Source: Okeania sp. (lineage in GTDB: Bacteria; Cyanobacteriota; Cyanobacteriia; Cyanobacteriales; Microcoleaceae). Taken from it: 15,916 nucleotides of DNA. Every line of letters begins with the position of its first letter. Position 1 is the stretch's first letter. The stretch spans positions 1 to 15,916 of the forward strand of contig NZ_JAYKGW010000118.1 of assembly GCF_035285525.1 (NCBI RefSeq). The letters run 5' to 3'. The notes beneath the pieces were generated by a model, which ran no database searches, was not told the DNA's origin, and saw only the letters and a list, made by a program, of their open reading frames with translations. Shown here piece after piece: positions 1-7,158 of this stretch. The translations under genes were made by a program, and so were the position numbers.

Positions 1-118
1 AAGTAAGAAGTAAGAAGTAAGAAGTAAGAAGTAAGAAGTAAGAAGTAAGAAGTAAGAAGTAAGAAGTAAGAAGTAAGAAGTAAGAAGTAAGAAGTAAGAA
101 GTAAGAAGTAAGAAGTAA
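1..118. repeat. Heptanucleotide tandem array (AAGTAAG), about 17 copies, truncated by the window edge
   Basis: Perfect 7-nt periodicity from base 1. The last unit degenerates to aagtaaa at 113-119. This is the STRR-type array typical of heterocystous cyanobacteria. Confidence 0.95.
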
Positions 119-344
119 ACCAGTTCCTAAAAGTAATGCTATACTAAAACGAAACTTCAACTATTACAGTGGATTCCAAGCATAAGAAGTTTAGAGGTTT
201 TTCAATCATTGAAAGTTATTCCTGGTTCGCGTTTAGAATTTCCTGATTATGTTGAGAATTAATCAACAGGTAGACAATGAACTATGTCAGAAAAGTTAAA
301 AATTCTAAATCTACAAAATTAAAAATTGATAGGAAAGTTCTATT

Positions 345-1004
345 ATGAGCCAAGCAAAGCCTATTTTTCCAGAATTAAAACCTATTTTGGAAAATGGCGA
401 TCGCCTAAGTCGCCCAGAATTTGAATTTAGGTATAACCAATTGCCTCACGTCAAGAAAGCAGAATTAGTAGAAGGAGTAGTATTCATGGTATCGCCTGTG
501 AGAGCTAGACAGCATGGAAGACCCCATAGTTTAATTATGGGTTGGTTAATGGTTTATGAAGCCTCTAATCCAAATGTTATGGTTTTGGATAATACTACTG
601 TTCGTTTAGATTGGAAAAATGAAGTTCAACCAGATGCTTTATTAAGATTAGAGGAGTCTGTGGGAGGGCAGTCACGCATTACTGAGGATGACTATGTTGA
701 AGGTCCTCCAGAGTTAATTGTGGAAATTGCTGCTAGTAGTGCTGCTTATGACCTCCACGATAAATTACAGGTATATCTTCGTAATGGGGTGAAGGAGTAT
801 TTGGTTTGGGTGGTTCAGGAGAAAGAATTTCGTTGGTATATTTTTGATCAAGGGGAATATATTCAGCAACAGCCTGATGAAAGAGGTTATCTTAAGAGTC
901 AAAATTTTTCAGGTTTGTGGTTAGATGTCAAAGCTTTGCTTGATGGTCAGATACAGAAAGTTTTGTTAGTTTTGCAGCAAGGTATTGAATCAATTAATAA
1001 TTAG
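345..1004 (+). CDS. Uma2 family (DUF820) PD-(D/E)XK-like endonuclease
   Basis: Complete 219-aa ORF with an ATG start. It shows the family hallmarks: GDRLSRPEFEF...AELVEGVV near the N-terminus, a PDALL segment, and the core PPELIVEIAASS...D..K...Y...GV.EYLVW. Confidence 0.8.
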   Translation: MSQAKPIFPELKPILENGDRLSRPEFEFRYNQLPHVKKAELVEGVVFMVSPVRARQHGRPHSLIMGWLMVYEASNPNVMVLDNTTVRLDWKNEVQPDALLRLEESVGGQSRITEDDYVEGPPELIVEIAASSAAYDLHDKLQVYLRNGVKEYLVWVVQEKEFRWYIFDQGEYIQQQPDERGYLKSQNFSGLWLDVKALLDGQIQKVLLVLQQGIESINN

Positions 1005-1040
1005 GGTTTGCTGATTTATCGGGAACCGTAAAATCAATCA

Positions 1041-1103
1041 GTAGGGGTGGGTTTCTCCAGAAGATTATGATGCTAGAAAATAAGCTAAATAAACCCACCC
1101 CGG
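1041..1103. repeat. Solo hairpin / MITE-like element with an 11-bp perfect inverted repeat
   Basis: GGGGTGGGTTT at 1044-1054 pairs with AAACCCACCCC at 1091-1101, with a 36-nt spacer. The GTAGGGGYGGGT head is shared with the elements at 4348 and 4584. Confidence 0.6.
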
Positions 1104-1109
1104 AGCCAG

Positions 1110-1133
1110 AATCCAGCAATCCAGCAATCCAGG
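1110..1133. repeat. Octamer tandem repeat (AATCCAGC) x3
   Basis: Reads aatccagc aatccagc aatccagg directly. Confidence 0.8.
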
Positions 1134-1436
1134 AGGAATGGGAATCAGAGAAGAAGTAGCCAGGAGAATTTTCAGAGTGATTTTTTACCCACTAGAGAAT
1201 TTAATTCTGAATATCTGTACTTTACCTGGAATCTACTGTAATAATGTCTAGAGCTGCAAAAAGTTATTATTAGGACTAAAGCCATGAGGTAGGAAAAACA
1301 TGGGTTTGAGATTGCTTCGGTGACCGTCGTATCGGACGAAAATATGTTGCAGTTGCGTAAGTCCTGATATTTTGGTTAAACAAGATTCTGACTCCCCAAA
1401 CCTCCCACGCCTCCGACACATCCCGTACTCCCCAGT

Positions 1437-3065
1437 TCAACTCCCCATAGTTGGAGGTTGCGCTGGAATAGACGCAATAATAGCATCTATTACCTTAGCA
1501 ATAGGCAAAATACGCATTCCTAAATCTGGCGGTTGTTGACCTTTGGGAATAATCGCCTTTTTAAAACCCAACTTAGCAGCTTCTCTTAATCTCAACTCTA
1601 ACTGAGATACCGGTCGAACTTGCCCTCCTAAACCTACCTCTCCTAACAAAACTGTTCGGGGGTCAACTACGCGATCGCGAAAACTAGCCACCACAGCAAT
1701 AGCTATTCCCAAGTCGGCGGCAGGTTCTTCTACATTCAAACCTCCCACAGTTGCCACATAAGTATCTAACTTTGATAAAGGAATGCCTACTCGTTTTTCC
1801 AATACTGCTAAAATTTGTTGTAATCTACTACCATCTATTCCAGTAGTAGAGCGTCGAGGGGAACCATGACTTGCGGGACTGACTAAAGCTTGAATTTCTA
1901 CAACTATGGGGCGAGTTCCCTCCATCGAAACAACTGTGGAAGTTCCTGAAGAATATTCATCTCTACTACCGAGAAATAATTCTGATGGATTTAATATTTC
2001 TTTTAAACCATTAGCCACCATTTCAAATACTCCAATTTCGTGAGTAGCACCAAAGCGATTTTTCATAGAGCGCAACAAACGGTGAGAGGCAAAGCGATCG
2101 CCTTCAAAATATAATACTGTATCTACTAAATGTTCTAAAACACGGGGACCTGCTAAAGCACCATCTTTAGTTACATGACCGACTATTAATAATGTAATAT
2201 TTTCTCGTTTTGCTACCTGCATTAAAGCGGAAGTACATTCGCGAACTTGAGCAACCGAACCTGGAGCGGAAGTTAAGGAAGCAAAATAAATAGTTTGAAT
2301 ACTGTCAATTACTGCTAAATAAGGTTTAAGAGATTCTAACTCTCTCAAAATTACTTCTAAGTCTGTTTCTGGTAATAAAAATAAATTTTCCTCAGAATTT
2401 GTAACAGAATCTTTTGTAGATTCAGAATTGTTATTATTTTCTTTATTTCCATTTCCAGATAAATCTTGAAAATCTCTAATAGAGTCTTTTATAGATTTAG
2501 AATTACCATGATTTTCTCGATTTTCATGTTCAGATAAATTCTCATTTATGTCAACATTTGAAACATCATCTTTACCTGCTTTTTCTTCTTCGTTGAAGTT
2601 AACAATTAAACGTTGCGAACGTAACTTTACCTGTTGTCCAGACTCTTCCGCCGAGACATACAAAACCCGACATCTAGCAGATAATTGATTAGCCACTTGT
2701 AACAAAAGAGTAGACTTGCCAATACCAGGTTCTCCACCAATCAAAACCAAAGAACCAGGAACAATACCGCCACCAAGCACCCTGTCTAACTCTTCAAACC
2801 CAGAAGACATTCTAGATAATGTTTGGTCAGCCACCTGAGATAATAAAAAAGATGCCCTTGGTTGACCAGAAATATCATCTCCCTCTGATGCTTCAGAACC
2901 AATACCAATATCAGTCAATCCCAGTCTTTGTAAAGTACTTACAGTTGATTGTTCTATTTCCTCCGTTAGAGAATTCCAAGTATTGCACCCAGGACATTTG
3001 CCCAGAAATTGAGGGGAATCATACCCACATTCTTTACAAACATACTTTATTTTCTGTTTTGGCAT
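1437..3065 (-). CDS. radA: DNA repair protein RadA/Sms, carrying a ~70-aa low-complexity insertion in the ATPase domain
   Basis: N-terminal C4 zinc finger (CKECG...CPGCNTW), Walker A GEPGIGKST, Walker B-like LAVIDSIQ, the RadA-specific KNRFG motif, and a Lon-protease-like C-terminal domain (GEVGLGGQVRPV). Confidence 0.95.
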   Translation of the reverse strand: MPKQKIKYVCKECGYDSPQFLGKCPGCNTWNSLTEEIEQSTVSTLQRLGLTDIGIGSEASEGDDISGQPRASFLLSQVADQTLSRMSSGFEELDRVLGGGIVPGSLVLIGGEPGIGKSTLLLQVANQLSARCRVLYVSAEESGQQVKLRSQRLIVNFNEEEKAGKDDVSNVDINENLSEHENRENHGNSKSIKDSIRDFQDLSGNGNKENNNNSESTKDSVTNSEENLFLLPETDLEVILRELESLKPYLAVIDSIQTIYFASLTSAPGSVAQVRECTSALMQVAKRENITLLIVGHVTKDGALAGPRVLEHLVDTVLYFEGDRFASHRLLRSMKNRFGATHEIGVFEMVANGLKEILNPSELFLGSRDEYSSGTSTVVSMEGTRPIVVEIQALVSPASHGSPRRSTTGIDGSRLQQILAVLEKRVGIPLSKLDTYVATVGGLNVEEPAADLGIAIAVVASFRDRVVDPRTVLLGEVGLGGQVRPVSQLELRLREAAKLGFKKAIIPKGQQPPDLGMRILPIAKVIDAIIASIPAQPPTMGS

Positions 3066-3110
3066 TTCTTAAAATAAGTTAATATTTAGCAGTATAGCGC
3101 TACGCGCTAG

Positions 3111-3156
3111 GGAATAGGAAATAGGAAATAGGAAATAGGAAATAGGAAATAGGATA
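3111..3156. repeat. Heptamer tandem array (GGAAATA), about 6 copies
   Basis: Read directly. It lies in the radA-rpaB divergent spacer. Confidence 0.9.
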
Positions 3157-3491
3157 CTATTAGAACTGATTTGTAAACTTCGCCAGAAGTCTTATATAAT
3201 CTCGCTTTTATCAATTAGATATTTACTTGCTAAAACTTCTGCACCCTAAGTATAACAAGTAATCTAGCGCTTTAATATTTACTTGATAAATCAGCTTTTA
3301 AAGGGTTTTTCGTATAGAGAAATGCTCTGCAAACAGAATTTAGAAATGTTCTAACCTTTGCTATGACTATAAAAAATCCTAAAGTTTAACTAAACTTGTA
3401 GTTAATAATGGTAATTTATGTGGTCTTGTTTGATGATAGAGTTAAAAAAATTAATATAAATATACAGCTTAGTTAAGGAGATTAGGGAAAA

Positions 3492-4226
3492 TTGGAAAAT
3501 CATAAAGAAAAAATATTAGTTGTTGATGATGAGGCAAGTATCCGTCGTATTTTAGAAACTCGATTGTCAATGATTGGCTATGATGTGGTTACGGCTGCTG
3601 ATGGGGAAGAAGCTTTAGTAACTTTTCACGATACAGACCCAGATTTGGTGGTATTGGATGTGATGATGCCTAAACTAGATGGTTATGGTGTTTGTCAAGA
3701 ATTACGAAAAGAGTCTGATATTCCCATAATTATGTTAACTGCTTTGGGGGATGTTGCTGATAGAATTACAGGTTTGGAGTTAGGTGCTGATGATTATGTG
3801 GTTAAACCTTTTTCTCCAAAAGAATTAGAAGCAAGGATTAGGTCTGTATTACGTCGAGTTGGTAAAGATGGAGCTAATGGTATTCCTAGTTCTGGTGTTA
3901 TTCAAGTTAATGCTATTAGAATTGATACTAATAAACGTCAGGTTTACAAAGGTGATGAAAGAATTAGACTAACTGGTATGGAGTTTAGTTTGTTGGAGTT
4001 ATTGGTAAGTCGTTCTGGAGAGCCTTTTTCTCGTTCGGAAATTTTGCAGGAAGTATGGGGTTATACTCCAGAGCGTCATGTGGATACCCGAGTTGTGGAT
4101 GTTCATATTTCTCGACTTAGGGCTAAGTTGGAGGAAGATCCTAGTAATCCAGAATTGATTTTAACGGCGCGAGGTACTGGTTATTTATTCCAACGTATTA
4201 CTGAACCTGATGAATTTAATGGATAA
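3492..4226 (+). CDS. rpaB: OmpR-family response regulator RpaB (Ycf27)
   Basis: The N-terminus MENHKEKILVVDDEASIRRILETRLSMIGYDVVTAADGEEAL...DLVVLDVMMPKLDGYGVCQELRKESDIPIIMLTALGDVADRITGLELGADDYVVKPFSPKELEARIRSVLRRV is near-identical to RpaB as I remember it. The C-terminus is a winged-helix domain. The start codon is TTG at 3492, supported by the conserved MEN.KEKILVVDDE N-terminus. Confidence 0.9.
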   Translation: MENHKEKILVVDDEASIRRILETRLSMIGYDVVTAADGEEALVTFHDTDPDLVVLDVMMPKLDGYGVCQELRKESDIPIIMLTALGDVADRITGLELGADDYVVKPFSPKELEARIRSVLRRVGKDGANGIPSSGVIQVNAIRIDTNKRQVYKGDERIRLTGMEFSLLELLVSRSGEPFSRSEILQEVWGYTPERHVDTRVVDVHISRLRAKLEEDPSNPELILTARGTGYLFQRITEPDEFNG

Positions 4227-4259
4227 TGGATAATGGATAATTAATAATTTATAATTTAT
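4218..4259. repeat. Degenerate heptamer array (AATGGAT x3, AATTAAT, AATTTAT x2) overlapping the rpaB stop codon
   Basis: Read directly. The 19-mer aatggataattaataattt at 4232-4250 recurs at 4278-4296. Its first 18 nt recur again at 6024-6041. Confidence 0.85.
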
Positions 4260-4315
4260 AGTTTCTAGTTTATATAAAATGGATAATTAATAATTTAGAA
4301 GAGGTACTAATAATT

Positions 4316-4713
4316 GATAACTGAAAAAGGGCAGATTTCCCTAGTTCCGTAGGGGCGGGTCTTGTCAGTAAGCTAACGAGCTTTGAGGTTAAGCTAGTTA
4401 GACCGGCCTCCCTGAGGATTAAGTCAGCGTCATAGGGTTTGGAGACCAAACCCCTACCATAACTAATAACTGTAAAAAATGATCACTGACTAGATCGGCC
4501 CCCCTGAGGATTAAGTCAGCTTCAGAGGGTTTGGAGACCAAACCCCTACCATAACTGAAAAAGGGCAAATTTACCTATTTCTGTAGGGGCGGGTCTGATA
4601 GGTAAGATAGGGAGCTTTCAGGTTAAGCTAGCTAGACCCACTCCCCTGAGGGTTAAGTCGCCGTCAGAGGGTTTGGAGGCCAAACCCCTACCATAACTGA
4701 TAACTGTAAAAAT
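4316..4713. repeat. 2.5 tandem copies of a ~150-bp structured MITE-like or sRNA-like element
   Basis: Copy 1 is 4316-4480, a partial 3'-half copy is 4487-4556, and copy 3 is 4551-4713. Each full unit runs ataactgaaaaagggca...GTAGGGGCGGGTCT...GGGTTTGGAGACCAAACCCCTAC cataactg. The termini form an imperfect inverted repeat, and there is an internal hairpin GGGTTTGG-aga-CCAAACCC. Confidence 0.85.
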
Positions 4714-5380
4714 GACTCAATCAGACCAAAATCAAGTTTTACGAATGCTCCCGATAATAGCAGGAGGATTAGGTGGAACTTTACTAATGATTAATAGATT
4801 TTTTACCCCTAATCTTTTAGCTTCTCAAGCTCGTTCTGATGTAGTGGGAGTAATTTTAAGTGCTTTTTTAATTTTGACTGGTTTACTTTGGCAACAAATA
4901 CAACCAAGCTCTCCTGATAGTGTGAAATTAATTGGTGAATCAAGATTTGAATTATTGCCAGAATTATCGGAGATAGTTAAAACTGAACTTGCTTGGGCTT
5001 CTAGTTTGCTATTAACTAATACAATTACTAAAACTATTATTATCTGGTACGAAGGGAAAGTTTTATTAAGAAGAGGAATTTTACCATCAGAATCACAAGT
5101 ACAACCAGGAGCTATTTTAAAGCGAGTTTTGGAGAAACAAAAACCTATTTATTTAGTAGATTTAAAAGTTTATCCAGGTAGGATTGAGTTTAATTATTTG
5201 CCAGAAAATACTCAAGGTGTAATTTGTCAACCTCTGGGTAATAATGGTGTGATGATTTTGGGGGCAAATGCTCCTCGGAGTTACACGAAACAAGATGAAA
5301 ATTGGATTGCAGGAATAGCAGATAAATTAACAAATACTTTAATAATTAATAATTTCAATAAATCAGATTTCCGCAATTAG
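4712..5380 (+). CDS. Membrane protein with two N-terminal TM helices and a soluble GAF-like C-terminal domain. It may belong to the CCB2/CCB4 (DUF2930) cytochrome b6f cofactor-assembly family.
   Basis: 222-aa ORF. Hydrophobic segments are LPIIAGGLGGTLLMINRFF and VVGVILSAFLILTGLLW, followed by a soluble domain. The family assignment comes from remembered architecture only. Confidence 0.6.
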   Translation: MTQSDQNQVLRMLPIIAGGLGGTLLMINRFFTPNLLASQARSDVVGVILSAFLILTGLLWQQIQPSSPDSVKLIGESRFELLPELSEIVKTELAWASSLLLTNTITKTIIIWYEGKVLLRRGILPSESQVQPGAILKRVLEKQKPIYLVDLKVYPGRIEFNYLPENTQGVICQPLGNNGVMILGANAPRSYTKQDENWIAGIADKLTNTLIINNFNKSDFRN

Positions 5381-5505
5381 TTTAATAACTATATCTGGCT
5401 GATTAAATTTCCCAGCTAAATTAATTTCTGTTCTTTGCCTATACAAACAGTTTCATAAAATTATTGGATAGAATTGGTATATTCTAATTCTTTTTGAATT
5501 TTAAT

Positions 5506-6033
5506 ATGGTAATTATTTATTTGGTTCTTTTAATAATTATGTTGGTCGGTGTAGCTGGTGCTGTAATTCCAGGTTTACCCGGTTCTAGTTTAATTTTAAC
5601 AGCAATTCTAATCTGGGGTTTTATTCATGGTTTTAGTGGCATGGGTTTTGCTTTGGGAGTAGCTATTATAGTTTTGTTTTTGAGTATTTTAATAGACTTT
5701 CTAGCTACTTATTGGGGAGCAAAACAGTCAGGTGCTAGTCAATGGGGACAAATAGGTTGTTTAGTAGGTTTTTTGTTGGGATTTTTTGGTCTCTTGCCAG
5801 CCTTACCTTTTGGCGGACCTTTAGTAGGGATGTTAATCGGACCTTTTTTAGGAGCAATTGTAGGAGAATTGTTATATAGAAAAGATTTGAAATTTGCTCG
5901 GAGGTTTAAGGTGTCTTTGAAGGCTGGAATAGGTATTGTGGTTGGTACTATTGTGGGAAATATAATTCAGGGAATTTTGGCGATCGCTACTGTAATAGTT
6001 TTTGTAGTGACGACTTGGCCTCCAAATGGATAA
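5506..6033 (+). CDS. DUF456-family integral membrane protein
   Basis: N-terminus LVLLIIMLVGVAGAVIPGLPGSSLILTAILIWGF, followed by Gly-rich TM helices typical of DUF456. The ORF track opens at TTG 5494. ATG 5506 (MVIIYLV...) is my preferred start. Confidence 0.75.
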   Translation: MVIIYLVLLIIMLVGVAGAVIPGLPGSSLILTAILIWGFIHGFSGMGFALGVAIIVLFLSILIDFLATYWGAKQSGASQWGQIGCLVGFLLGFFGLLPALPFGGPLVGMLIGPFLGAIVGELLYRKDLKFARRFKVSLKAGIGIVVGTIVGNIIQGILAIATVIVFVVTTWPPNG

Positions 6034-6072
6034 TTAATAATTAATAATTAATAATTAATAATTAATAATTGA
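6024..6072. repeat. Heptamer array (AATGGAT, AATTAAT x5, AATTGAT) overlapping the stop codon of the DUF456 gene
   Basis: Read directly. Confidence 0.9.
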
Positions 6073-6165
6073 TAACTAGACAGTGCAAAGTTCTAAGAAT
6101 AACTATTGCTAGCTAAAGCTTTCAGCTATCTAAAATTTAGAAACTTTCTATTGATAATTGTAAGT

Positions 6166-6193
6166 GCTGAAAGAGACTTTCAGCAATATTTTC
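6166..6193 (+). terminator. Putative intrinsic terminator of the DUF456 gene
   Basis: Perfect 8-bp stem GCTGAAAG (6166-6173) / CTTTCAGC (6177-6184) with loop aga, followed by aatatttt. Confidence 0.45.
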
Positions 6194-6300
6194 ACCCTGG
6201 AAAGCAAATAATTTTTTAGGATAACTTTGTACTCTCCAGTTGATAATTTAAAGAAATAAAACTAATGAATATATCTAAGTCATTGCGAGGGTTCATTTCA

Positions 6301-6321
6301 GTTATCAGTTATCAGTTATCA
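6301..6321. repeat. Heptamer array (GTTATCA) x3
   Basis: Read directly. The inverse complement (CTGATAA x2) lies at 7084-7097. Confidence 0.85.
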
Positions 6322-6553
6322 CTTAACCTCCGGTTTTAGTCGGGGGGCTTGAAATACTGATTTATCGGGAACCGTGTTAAGTATTTTTTCATCCCCGAAC
6401 AAGGGGAGGCTTTATACCTAATTTTTTGGTAGCACCGTGGAAGGAAGCAATCTCAGAGTCACACGAAGATTGTTTCCGCTTCGTCGATAGGAACAATGGT
6501 TGAAATTACTCACTATTAAGCATAATAATTTGCACAGTTGTTTTTCTTCTTTT

Positions 6554-6583
6554 CTATTCCCTGTTCCCTGTTCCTTGTTCCCT
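6554..6583. repeat. Heptamer array (CTGTTCC family) x4
   Basis: ctattcc ctgttcc ctgttcc ttgttcc. The same family, in the same orientation, occurs at 7278-7305. Confidence 0.85.
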
Positions 6584-6593
6584 CAAGTGAGAA

Positions 6594-7019
6594 TTAAAAA
6601 GAGTATATTTGACCAGTGGAAGAAATATAAATTGATTTATGGTTGATTGTTCCTGGGCTTGATTTAACTCTCACAGTAACTACGTTATTATATGCACTAT
6701 ATTCATAGGAAAGTGGAGTTTCACCATATATATTTACTGTTCCATAACCATTAGTTATGCTTGATAAATCAACTCTAACTTTTGTATTTTCTCCTGCTGG
6801 TAAAAATTTTTCTACTTCAGGAACTAAGTTATAAGTAAGAGTTTTTCCGCTTTGATTTAAAATGTTAAGTATAATTGGCTTTTTGGGATTTGCTGCTTGA
6901 GCTTTTGGTTGCCAATATCCAGGTTCATAAGTAGAAGCATTTTCAGATAAAACAATTCTAGGATAGATTGTGAAAATTGAAGTTATTAATACTGTGGTAA
7001 TCAAAGCAGTTTTTTTCAT
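6594..7019 (-). CDS. Small secreted protein of unknown function (predicted signal peptide, beta-rich)
   Basis: 141-aa ORF. The N-terminus MKKTALITTVLITSIFTIYPRIVLSENAS resembles a Sec signal peptide. A purine-rich gaggaaaagg lies upstream of the ATG. I recognise no family. Confidence 0.6.
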   Translation of the reverse strand: MKKTALITTVLITSIFTIYPRIVLSENASTYEPGYWQPKAQAANPKKPIILNILNQSGKTLTYNLVPEVEKFLPAGENTKVRVDLSSITNGYGTVNIYGETPLSYEYSAYNNVVTVRVKSSPGTINHKSIYISSTGQIYSF

Positions 7020-7083
7020 TTTTTTCCTTTTCCTCTTTCAAAAAGAGTAATTTTTAAGAAGGCCTTGGGAAGCAGTAATTTTA

Positions 7084-7097
7084 CTGATAACTGATAA
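7084..7097. repeat. Heptamer array (CTGATAA) x2, the inverse of the 6301-6321 array
   Basis: Read directly. Confidence 0.7.
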
Positions 7098-7158
7098 CTT
7101 ATCGCTGAAAAAGCACCTGGCAATGGCAAAAAAAATAGCGAGTTTGTCTCTCTTTCTT

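Noticed and set aside
200-214. 15-bp perfect palindrome TTTCAAT-c-ATTGAAA upstream of the Uma2 gene
   Set aside because: It could be an operator, but there is only a single copy, it is AT-rich, and it has no recognised consensus (it is not NtcA GTA-N8-TAC). I could not support any function.
1067-1156. 29-codon ORF (MMLENKLNKPTPEPESSNPAIQEEWESEKK)
   Set aside because: It is read through one hairpin arm (1091-1101) and the octamer repeat, and it has no ribosome-binding context. It is most likely fortuitous.
1385-1436. G-quadruplex or terminator in the C-rich (minus-strand G-rich) patch just downstream of radA
   Set aside because: The G-runs are short or separated by a 15-nt loop, so this is not a canonical G3+ quadruplex motif. 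No hairpin plus U-tract is present. It contains a single CCCCAGT (STRR1-like) unit and is probably repeat debris.
2385-2600. Intein or mobile domain inside RadA
   Set aside because: There is no Cys/Ser/Thr at the N-terminal junction, no His-Asn at the C-terminal junction and no endonuclease blocks. At about 70 aa of low-complexity sequence, it is too short.
2819-3082. 87-aa ORF on the plus strand
   Set aside because: It lies almost entirely antisense to the well-supported radA CDS. It has no recognisable motifs and a low-complexity composition. It is a shadow ORF.
5494-5505. TTG start proposed by the ORF track for the DUF456 gene
   Set aside because: An ATG four codons downstream (5506) gives the N-terminus typical of the family. 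The TTG start cannot be excluded but is not needed.
6431-6460. SRP (4.5S) RNA or glycine riboswitch, suggested by CACCGTGGAAGGAAGCAATCTCAG
   Set aside because: The GGAAGGAAGCA string resembles the SRP domain IV motif, but the bases flanking the would-be GGAA tetraloop (CGU/GGA) cannot pair, and no 5'/3' closing helix is evident. For a glycine aptamer there is no P3 helix between GCAA and CUCAG and no GGAGAG junction. There is also no downstream gene on this strand.
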